Source: Chloroflexota bacterium | GTDB taxonomy: Bacteria > Chloroflexota > Dehalococcoidia > DSTF01 > JACRBR01 | NCBI GenBank assembly: GCA_016213125.1 | Contig: JACRBR010000195.1 | Span: 1-32,306 of the forward strand | DNA: 32,306 nt | Direction of reading: 5' to 3' | Shown here: in pieces, positions 1 to 7,019 of the stretch | Layout of the letters: the number at the start of each line of letters is the position of its first letter | How positions within the stretch are numbered: the stretch's first letter is position 1 | Translations under genes and position numbers: made by a program | The notes under the pieces: model-generated | The model's input: the letters and a program-made list of their open reading frames with translations, nothing else | What the model was told of the DNA's origin: nothing | Database searches by the model: none

Positions 1-1
1 G

Positions 2-655
2 CGTCTGCTCATTCCTAACGGCCTCGCCGTCGGCGTCGGCTATGCCGGCTTCATCGTCGATACCGCCTTTGCGTCCGGCGCCCGCGAGGACGCCGCGCTT
101 CCCGCCATCCAGAACGCCTGGCTCCTCGCCGGCCTCCCCATCGCGCTGCTCGGTCAGGCCGTGGGTCAGGCGGCCTTCCCGCGCCTCGCCGCCCGCGCCG
201 AGGAACGCGACTGGCGTGGAATGCGCGCGGTGCTGGTCGGCGCGCTCGCTGCCGCGCTCGCCCTCGCCGTTCCGGCCCTGTTGTCGATGCTCTTCCTCGG
301 CCGCACAGTTGTCCGCGTCCTCTTCGAACACGGCGAGTTCGGTCCCGGCGCCGGGGACGTCACCTACGACGTCCTCTTCGCCTACGCCGTCGCCCTCCCC
401 GCCTATGTGGCCACCGAGGTCGTCACCCGCGGCCTCATCGCCATGCGCGATACACGCACGCCGCTCCTCACGAACGCCGTCCAGCTCGCGGGTCGCGTGC
501 TCATCATTGCGCTCCTGCTCGACGGGAGCGGCGTCGTTGCCATCCCCATCGCCTTCGCCGTCACCGCAACTGTTGAGACGTTCTTGCTGTCCGCCGTTCT
601 CGCCATGAAGCTGCGGTCGCGCCTGTCAGCGTCACCGGCCGCTGCGTACGCGTAG
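2..655 (+). CDS. murJ: Lipid II flippase MurJ/MviN, C-terminal part (5' end outside window)
   Basis: The frame of ORF 161..655 is open back to base 2 (RLLIPNGLAVGVGYAGFIVDTAFAS...LPIALLGQAVGQAAFPRLA). Also VRVLFEHGEF and RGLIAMRDTRTP, matching the MurJ 'F.RG.F' and 'A..DT.TP' segments; many hydrophobic helices. Confidence 0.85.
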   Translation, partial: RLLIPNGLAVGVGYAGFIVDTAFASGAREDAALPAIQNAWLLAGLPIALLGQAVGQAAFPRLAARAEERDWRGMRAVLVGALAAALALAVPALLSMLFLGRTVVRVLFEHGEFGPGAGDVTYDVLFAYAVALPAYVATEVVTRGLIAMRDTRTPLLTNAVQLAGRVLIIALLLDGSGVVAIPIAFAVTATVETFLLSAVLAMKLRSRLSASPAAAYA

Positions 656-659
656 GCCG

Positions 660-1517
660 TCACGCGTCCGGCGCGCTCCTGTCGGCGGTGAGGTCCGCCT
701 CGTACGCGCCCCAGAACTCGCGTGGCAACAGCAGCCCGATCTCGACCATCACCTGGCGCGCCAGGCGCCGATCCTCCTCCCCGGCCGGCAGCTCGTGCGT
801 CGCGCGCGTCACCCGGAAGGCGGGCCCGAAACGCGCGTGCAGCGTGCCTGCGTCGTCCTCCCATAACCCGGCGGGCAACAGCGGCTCCCGCCGCGACGCC
901 ATGCCCAAGAACCGGCCAACGCCCTCCTGCGGTTCGATCAGCCGCCCGCTCGACTCGAGCCCTTCAGGGGTGATCGCGATCGGTCCCGCGTCCAAGGCGC
1001 GCAGCAGCTCACGCAGCGCCGATGCCCGCCCCAGCCGCAACTCCTCCCGCCGCGGCATGACGACGAACCCGTACACCAGCGATACTCGCCGGAAGAGCCA
1101 TCGAATTAGCCGCATTGGGATCGGTATGGGGCCCGCGCGTAGCCCCAGGTATTCGCTCGTGAACGTCCAGCGGATTTCAGGCAGGCCCGGCCGCCGCTCC
1201 GCGATTGCGGTCGAGGCCACCATCGCGCAGTGAAACGGCCGCAGGCCCCGTCGCGAGTAGTGGTTCATCACCAGCACGAAGTTGCCGCTCTCGGGGATGT
1301 GTTCGATGCCCTCGATCCGTCGCGGGCATGCCCGGTTCGCTTCCAGCACGATCCGGCTGTCGCGCACGAAGGACCGCGAGCGGCCAAGCACCAACGAAAC
1401 CGCGAGCCCCGGCAGACGCCACATCGGCACGCTGTACATCGGCCGTCTGGCAGGGGGCGTGCCGTTTGAAGCCGTCATACACAGTCCGTCGTTCATACGG
1501 TCCAGGGCGACGGGCAT
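660..1517 (-). CDS. Glycerolipid acyltransferase-like protein (PlsC/LPLAT superfamily), divergent motif I
   Basis: IEGIEHIPESGNFVLVMNHYS (motif I region), ITPEG (motif III), LLPAGL, ARFGPAF. The start could lie a few codons downstream. Confidence 0.7.
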   Translation of the reverse strand: MPVALDRMNDGLCMTASNGTPPARRPMYSVPMWRLPGLAVSLVLGRSRSFVRDSRIVLEANRACPRRIEGIEHIPESGNFVLVMNHYSRRGLRPFHCAMVASTAIAERRPGLPEIRWTFTSEYLGLRAGPIPIPMRLIRWLFRRVSLVYGFVVMPRREELRLGRASALRELLRALDAGPIAITPEGLESSGRLIEPQEGVGRFLGMASRREPLLPAGLWEDDAGTLHARFGPAFRVTRATHELPAGEEDRRLARQVMVEIGLLLPREFWGAYEADLTADRSAPDA

Positions 1518-1523
1518 ACGTCG

Positions 1524-2468
1524 CTACCAGTCGGGCACGTTCTCTTCCATGTCCGTCGTGAACGTCAGCCGCCGCTCGTTCTCGCCGTCCCGGTCCATCA
1601 GGTACAGCTCCGTGTTGCCGTCGCGGCGCGAGAGGAACACGAACCGCGTATCGTCCGGCGAGGTGTTGCTATAGTCGTCGAAGCTCGGATCGCTCGTCAG
1701 CCGCACGTCGTCACCGATGTCGGCGTGCCCGTCGAACGGCTGGTCGCGGGCGAACAGGTCCGTGTTCGTCGAGTCGCCGGGCGCCGCGGATGCGTATGTC
1801 AGCGTCTTCCCGTCGCGTGTGAAGTGCGGGCACACGTCGGCAGAGGGAGTCGACACGATCGTCTTCACTGACTGCGTCTCGATGTCCACCGCGTAGATGT
1901 CGATGTCGTTCCGGTCCTGTTCGATCGCGGCGAAGTACACCTGCTCGCCGTCGCGCGTCCAGGCCGGGAACTCGGAGAACTTGTACGGCCCTGCGATGTG
2001 CCTCGAGTGTCCGCCGTCCGCGTCCATCAGCGCGAGGTAGCTGCCGTCGTCCTCGACGATCTCCACGTACACGATCTGCTTCATGTCCGGCGAGTACTTC
2101 GGGCTCCACTGGTCGAGGTCGGGCGCCGTCGTAAGCCGCCGCGGATCGGAACCATCCGGTGCGATGGTGTAGATGTTGCGCTTCGGCCGCGTGTCCTTGT
2201 TCGAGACGTAGATGATGCGAGAACGGTCGGGCGCCCATGCCGGGTGTCCGCTGACCGCCTCATCGAACGTCAGCTGCTTCAGCTCGCCCGTGTCCGCGTC
2301 GACCGTCCAGACGTTCGTCGTCTGGCCCTGCCGCGCCTCGTACACGATGGGCGCACGTTCAGCAGTACCGCCGTCGCCGTTGCCATCACTGCCGCTGCAC
2401 CCGGTAGCGACCACCACCGCCGCACCCAGGGCCGCCACCGCCACCAGCTTGCCCGCCAACCGCGTCAT
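1524..2468 (-). CDS. TolB-like (PD40 repeat) beta-propeller lipoprotein
   Basis: Signal peptide with lipobox VATGC; repeats PAWAPDRSRI, PKYSPDMKQI, PAWTRDGEQV, PHFTRDGKTL; RDGNTELYLMDRDGENERRLT. Confidence 0.85.
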   Translation of the reverse strand: MTRLAGKLVAVAALGAAVVVATGCSGSDGNGDGGTAERAPIVYEARQGQTTNVWTVDADTGELKQLTFDEAVSGHPAWAPDRSRIIYVSNKDTRPKRNIYTIAPDGSDPRRLTTAPDLDQWSPKYSPDMKQIVYVEIVEDDGSYLALMDADGGHSRHIAGPYKFSEFPAWTRDGEQVYFAAIEQDRNDIDIYAVDIETQSVKTIVSTPSADVCPHFTRDGKTLTYASAAPGDSTNTDLFARDQPFDGHADIGDDVRLTSDPSFDDYSNTSPDDTRFVFLSRRDGNTELYLMDRDGENERRLTFTTDMEENVPDW

Positions 2469-2488
2469 GCGTGCCTCACTGTGATCGG

Positions 2489-2530
2489 CAGCCGTCCACC
2501 GCCGACCAACGACTGACGACCAGCGCCCGT
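2489..2530 (-). repeat. Degenerate 7-nt tandem array just after the argS stop codon
   Basis: Minus strand reads ACGGGCG CTGGTCG TCAGTCG TTGGTCG GCGGTGG ACGGCTG. Confidence 0.55.
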
Positions 2531-2532
2531 CT

Positions 2533-4209
2533 TCACATCTTGTCCGGCGTGCTCATACCCATCAGCGTCAGCGCCCGCGCCAGCACGATGCGCGCCGCCT
2601 CGCACAGCCGCAGCCGCGCCTTCGAGAGCGGCATCTGCTCATCGTCCAGCACCCGGCACTCCGTGTAGAACTGGTGGAACGCCGTCGCCAGCTCCTGCGC
2701 GTAGTGCGGCAGATGGTGCGGCTCCGAGCGCTCAGCCATGAGCTGCACGAGCTCCGGGAGCTGCAGCATCTTGCGGACCAGGTCCTGCTCCATCGGGTGC
2801 GACAGCAGCGACACGTCCGCGCCCTCCGACGAGAAGCCGCGGTCACCCGCGTTTGCGATGATCCCGGCGATCCGCGCGTGCGCGTACTGCACGTAGTACA
2901 CCGGGTTCTCCGATGACTGCCGCTTCGCCAGCTCCAGGTCGAACTCCATCTGGCTGTCCGCCGACCGCGACAGGAAGAAGAAGCGCGCCGCATCCTCCCC
3001 GACCTCGTCCACGATGTCCCGGATCAGCACGATGTTCCCGGAGCGCTTCGAAAGCCGCACCAGCTCCTCGCCCCGCCGGAAGCTCACGAGCTGGTAGATC
3101 AAGATCTCCAGCCGCGCCGGTTCCACGCCCAGCGCCTGCACGGCGGCTTTCAGCCTTGAGACATGCCCCTGGTGGTCCGCCCCCCAGACGTTCAGCACCC
3201 GGTCAAACCCGCGCGTGTGGAACTTCTCGTAGTGATACGCGATGTCCGACGCGAAGTACGTCGGCCGCCCCGTGCTCCGGATGACGACGTTGTCCTTGTC
3301 CTCCCCCAGCTCGCTCGACGCGAACCACAGCGCCCCCTCTTTCTCGACGAGGAACCCCTGCTCCCGCATCCGCGCCATGGCCGTGTCGTAGACGCTCGGG
3401 CCGTCAGCCGAGTCGTACAGGGATCGCTCCCGGAACCAGACGTCGTAGTGCACGCCGAGCCGCTGCAGGTCGGCGCGGATCCCCTCGACGATCATCTCCA
3501 CCCCGCGCAGCACCATCGCCGGCGGCGGCTCGTCGATCGTCGCGTAGTCGTAGGCATCGCCGCTCTCCGCCCGGATGCGCTTCGCGATGTCGATCATGTA
3601 TTCGCCGGGGTAGCCGTCGGCCGGGATCTCCACGCTCTTCCCCAGCAACTGCTGGTATCGCGCGACCAGCGTCCGCCCGAACACCTCGGTCTGCGTGCCC
3701 GCGTCGTTCACCAGGTACTCGCGCTCGACGTGATAGCCCGCGGCCTCCAGCACCGACGCCAGCACGCTGCCGATCGCCGCGCCGCGCCCGTTGCCCGCCG
3801 TGAGCGGACCGGTGGGGTTCGCGCTCACGAACTCAACCTGCACCCGCTTGCCGTTCCCGATCGGCACGTTGCCGAAGTCCGCGCCCGCAGCCAGGATCGC
3901 GTCCACCTGCCGCGCCAGCCACGGCTCCGAGAGCCGGAAGTTCACGAAGCCGGGCGGGGCCGCCTCCGCCGCCCTCAACATCTCCGTCACCGGAATCCGC
4001 GATGCGATCGTCTTTGCCAGGTCCAGCGGGTTGGCGCGCGCCGCCCGCGCCAGCCGCAGCGGCAGGTTCGTCGCGTAGTCGCCGTGCTCCGGACGTGCCG
4101 GCGTCTCGATCACGATCTCGGGTAGCGGCACCTGCGGCAAATCGCCCGACGCCATCGCAGCGGTCGTGGCCGCCTCGATCATGCCCTCAAGGTCGTTGCG
4201 GATTGTCAT
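2533..4209 (-). CDS. argS: Arginine--tRNA ligase
   Basis: HGDYATN, VEFVSANPTGPLTAGNGRGA (HIGH-like), YFASDIAYH, WGADHQGH, LSKRSG, NPVYYVQYAHARI. Confidence 0.98.
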   Translation of the reverse strand: MTIRNDLEGMIEAATTAAMASGDLPQVPLPEIVIETPARPEHGDYATNLPLRLARAARANPLDLAKTIASRIPVTEMLRAAEAAPPGFVNFRLSEPWLARQVDAILAAGADFGNVPIGNGKRVQVEFVSANPTGPLTAGNGRGAAIGSVLASVLEAAGYHVEREYLVNDAGTQTEVFGRTLVARYQQLLGKSVEIPADGYPGEYMIDIAKRIRAESGDAYDYATIDEPPPAMVLRGVEMIVEGIRADLQRLGVHYDVWFRERSLYDSADGPSVYDTAMARMREQGFLVEKEGALWFASSELGEDKDNVVIRSTGRPTYFASDIAYHYEKFHTRGFDRVLNVWGADHQGHVSRLKAAVQALGVEPARLEILIYQLVSFRRGEELVRLSKRSGNIVLIRDIVDEVGEDAARFFFLSRSADSQMEFDLELAKRQSSENPVYYVQYAHARIAGIIANAGDRGFSSEGADVSLLSHPMEQDLVRKMLQLPELVQLMAERSEPHHLPHYAQELATAFHQFYTECRVLDDEQMPLSKARLRLCEAARIVLARALTLMGMSTPDKM

Positions 4210-4709
4210 GGGCGGTCAAATGGAAACGCGCGCTGCCGGATGAGTTGCAGGACCTCCTCCACGGCGGCACGCGCATGGTCCACTACCGCCGGAGGGTACC
4301 CCATGGCCTCACTGTGCGCGAGAAACTCGTCCTCGTCCAGCACCCGGGCTTCCTCGTCTGTGTACCAGGCCACATCCAGGTCCAGGTCGACGTACGAGAA
4401 CGCCGCTCCGTCGAATTCCACCGGCGTCGCGATGTTCACGTAGTACCAGATCCGCCCGTCCCGCTGCACCCGGGAGACGTTGTAGTGCCGATCGTCCCAG
4501 AGGTAGGTGTCCGCATGCCACTCCAGCTTCCACGGGCGTGGCTCTTCGCCCAACCGCGGCGGCGAAAGCACCGTGTCGCCCGGACGCTGCGCCAGCACGT
4601 AGAGCGGCCCCTTGTTCGCCACGAACCACGCCGGCCACCGCGCCCGCAACGAGCCGTCGTACTTGCGAATGTCGATCGGCGTCTCCCGCCCGATCAGATC
4701 GTCGTACAC
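4206..4709 (-). CDS. DUF402-family protein (FomD/Ntdp-like phosphohydrolase), translationally coupled to argS
   Basis: KYDGSL, WYYVNIATP, YVDLDLDV, LDEDEF and terminal FPF motifs; ATGA overlap with the argS start. Confidence 0.85.
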   Translation of the reverse strand: MYDDLIGRETPIDIRKYDGSLRARWPAWFVANKGPLYVLAQRPGDTVLSPPRLGEEPRPWKLEWHADTYLWDDRHYNVSRVQRDGRIWYYVNIATPVEFDGAAFSYVDLDLDVAWYTDEEARVLDEDEFLAHSEAMGYPPAVVDHARAAVEEVLQLIRQRAFPFDRP

Positions 4710-4722
4710 GCCCTCAATCGTA
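4710..4722 (-). promoter_or_regulatory. Putative -10 element of a leaderless promoter for DUF402-argS
   Basis: TACGAT, then 7 nt, then the GTG start at 4709. Confidence 0.55.
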
Positions 4723-4750
4723 CTTCAACAGGATCCGCAAGGTGACTGTC

Positions 4751-4781
4751 GTAGGGGCGAGGCACTGCCTCGCCCTGCGGT
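4751..4781 (+). repeat. GTAG-type REP-like palindrome, copy 1
   Basis: GTAGGGGCGAGGCACTGCCTCGCCCTGCGGT; 30/31 identical to 12473..12503. Confidence 0.8.
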
Positions 4782-4828
4782 TGCACGACCATCGCCCCTG
4801 CGGCAGGACCCACCAGAACCCGAAGGGC

Positions 4829-4852
4829 GAAGGGGCCGTCCACGGCCCCTTC
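4829..4852 (-). terminator. Hairpin, probable terminator of the TetR-membrane protein unit
   Basis: GAAGGGGCCGT-CC-ACGGCCCCTTC perfect inverted repeat about 30 nt after the stop at 4881; weak U-tract. Confidence 0.5.
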
Positions 4853-4880
4853 AATCGCTGCTGGTTGGCGCGCCTACCCC

Positions 4881-6137
4881 CTACTGGGTCACCCCGCTGG
4901 GCGCGTCCGTCGACTTCTTCGCCGCCTGCTGCTTCTCGAACAGGTCGTTGTTCAGGTATGCAAACACGCCGTCCGGGTTTTCGCTCGTCTCCGGCGTCAC
5001 CCACACGTGCATCATCCAGCGCAGGTCCGCCGTGAACCGTCCGCCCTTTGCGACGCAGCTCGCTTCCGTCTCTCCTTCGCTCGCCCCACTGAACCCCACC
5101 AGGCACAACCCCGTGTGCGCGTGCCACAGGTCCAGGTTGCTCGCGAACCCCGCCGGCTCCGCCTCGCGTGTCACGCCGCCGATCCCCGGGACCTGCAGGA
5201 ACCACACCCCGACCAGCTTCTCCGGACCGCCGTCGATCTTGCTGAACAGCAGCCCTTCCGGCTTCGTCGGGTCGAACTTCCCATCCCGCACGTACTCGAA
5301 GTTCAGGTAGTGCTGCCCCATGAACGGGACGTCGCTCGTCGTGTTCACATACCCCGCCGCCGCGGCCTTTTCCGGCGTGTTGAGCTGTTCCGCGACCGCG
5401 TGAGCCTGCTTGATCTGCTCCCGCATCGCCGGCAGATCGGCCTTCGTCACCGTCCCTTCGGGGAACAGCGGCAGCAGCTCATCGTCCGATAGCGTCTCCA
5501 TCTGCGTGAACGTCGGCTGCTTGCCGTGGTCGTGTTCGCCACCGTTCGCTTCGCCGTTGCTCCCCTGCGTCAGCGCGCCCTCGACTTTCTCGGGATCGCT
5601 TCCTCCCGAGCCGCCGGGGTCGCCGCCGCGGATGATTCCTTCGTCCTGCAACGCGGCGGCCACGCCTGCGTCGCCCGCAGCGTCAGTGTGAGTGTGGTCG
5701 CTCGCGACGGCGTTCGCGTCGTCGTGGCTGTGGCCTACCGTCACGCCCGTCGCCCCGATGTACGTCACCGATGCGATGGACACCGTCACCAGCACTACCC
5801 ATGCCACCGTCACCGGCACCGCGCGACGTATCGCCCCTTCGGCCGTCCGCGCGCCCTTCATCGCTGCGATGCTGAACCCCGCCAGCACTGCCGCCGACGT
5901 CACCGCGAGTCCGATCCCGGCAACAAGATGGCCCGGGTTCCCCAGGCTCAGCAGCGTCTCTTCCGAGGCCCCGTTGTTGTGCCGCCATGCGTCGACCGCC
6001 AGGCCGATGAACACCACCAGCATGCCCGCGACCGCGGCCGCGAACCACGTCACGGACTCTGTCAGCCACGCCAGGTTTGCGCGCGTATCACCGCGCGCGC
6101 GCGCTCCTGCGTCTGCGTACCGATCGATACTGGCCAT
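4881..6137 (-). CDS. Hypothetical membrane protein with a His-rich linker and a His/Met-containing extracytoplasmic domain
   Basis: Start chosen at 6137 (AAGGAG RBS, MASIDRY). Three hydrophobic helices (D..RH and PGH motifs), then HSHDD, HTHT and HDHG; C-domain MGQHY...DPTKPEGLL...WHAH..LC...WMMHVW...NPDGVF. Confidence 0.7.
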   Translation of the reverse strand: MASIDRYADAGARARGDTRANLAWLTESVTWFAAAVAGMLVVFIGLAVDAWRHNNGASEETLLSLGNPGHLVAGIGLAVTSAAVLAGFSIAAMKGARTAEGAIRRAVPVTVAWVVLVTVSIASVTYIGATGVTVGHSHDDANAVASDHTHTDAAGDAGVAAALQDEGIIRGGDPGGSGGSDPEKVEGALTQGSNGEANGGEHDHGKQPTFTQMETLSDDELLPLFPEGTVTKADLPAMREQIKQAHAVAEQLNTPEKAAAAGYVNTTSDVPFMGQHYLNFEYVRDGKFDPTKPEGLLFSKIDGGPEKLVGVWFLQVPGIGGVTREAEPAGFASNLDLWHAHTGLCLVGFSGASEGETEASCVAKGGRFTADLRWMMHVWVTPETSENPDGVFAYLNNDLFEKQQAAKKSTDAPSGVTQ

Positions 6138-6189
6138 GGTTCCCGCTCCTTCCCTGGCCCCCGTTACCCCGAGGCCTTCCCCGTGTGAA

Positions 6190-6870
6190 CTACACCGCGC
6201 TCTCAGAGCGCGCGCGCTCGGCGGGCGCGCTACCGGTATCGGTTTCCTCAGCTTCCCCGGCCAGAGGCGTGAAATACGCCACCAGCATGTCGCCGCACGC
6301 GTCCCGGTACTTCTCCCAGTCCCGACCATCGTTCAGCACGAACGCCTGGTACACCGTCATCGAGACCGCACCCACCGTGAGTTTCGTCATGATAGTGGCG
6401 TCTCCCTTGCGCACCACCCCGTTCCCCATCGCGTTGGTGATCACCTCCGCCATCGGGAGCGCGCGCTTCTCGTTGGCGTCGCGCATCCGTCGGGTCGCCG
6501 CGCTGTCCGGGTCCGTGTTCAGCACCACCAGCCGCACCAGGTCCCGGTTCGCCGCGCACGCCTCGAACACCTGGCCCACCCGCACCCGCACGGCCTGGTC
6601 CAGCGATGCTGACGTCGGCACGTCCGTCAGCGCATGCGCGATGAGCTGGTTGAACTGCTCGCTGAGCGCCGCGAACACATCCTCCTTCGACGCGAAGTAG
6701 AGGTAGATCGTTCCCAGCGCGATCCCCGCCTCCTCCGCGATGTCCGCGATCGTCGTCCCCCGGAAGCCCTGCCGGGAGAACACGGTGCGCGCGGCCGCCA
6801 GTATCTCTTCGCGCCGGGCGGTGCGAGCGGATTCGCTGCGGGTCTTGCGTTCGGCGAGGGGTCGGGACAT
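6190..6870 (-). CDS. TetR/AcrR-family transcriptional regulator
   Basis: RREEILAAARTVFSRQGFRGTTIADIAEEAGIALGTIYLYFASKE HTH; start at 6870 preceded by AGGAG. Confidence 0.92.
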   Translation of the reverse strand: MSRPLAERKTRSESARTARREEILAAARTVFSRQGFRGTTIADIAEEAGIALGTIYLYFASKEDVFAALSEQFNQLIAHALTDVPTSASLDQAVRVRVGQVFEACAANRDLVRLVVLNTDPDSAATRRMRDANEKRALPMAEVITNAMGNGVVRKGDATIMTKLTVGAVSMTVYQAFVLNDGRDWEKYRDACGDMLVAYFTPLAGEAEETDTGSAPAERARSESAV

Positions 6871-6886
6871 CGAAGCTCCTTGGAAC

Positions 6887-6927
6887 TGAACCACGTTCAT
6901 TCTCATGCCGCTGGGGCACCCTGTCAA
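6887..6927 (-). promoter_or_regulatory. Sigma70-type promoter with adjoining palindromic operator (TetR autoregulation candidate)
   Basis: TTGACA (6927-6922), 17 nt, GAGAAT (6904-6899), then TGAAC-GTG-GTTCA (6899-6887). Confidence 0.7.
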
Positions 6928-6970
6928 CGGCAACGCGTGCGAATTTCGTAAAACCCCACCGCCACAACGC

Positions 6971-7002
6971 AAAGGGGGGCGCGCGTAACGTGCCCCCCTT
7001 TT
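6971..7002 (-). terminator. Intrinsic terminator after pnp (possibly bidirectional)
   Basis: AAAGGGGGGCGCG-CGTAA-CGTGCCCCCCTTTT hairpin with A and T flanks, 17 nt after the pnp stop. Confidence 0.8.
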
Positions 7003-7019
7003 CTATCGATACGCAGGAC

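Noticed and set aside
6138-6329. N-terminal extension of ORF 4881..6329
   Set aside because: Overlaps the TetR gene; a strong RBS supports ATG 6137.
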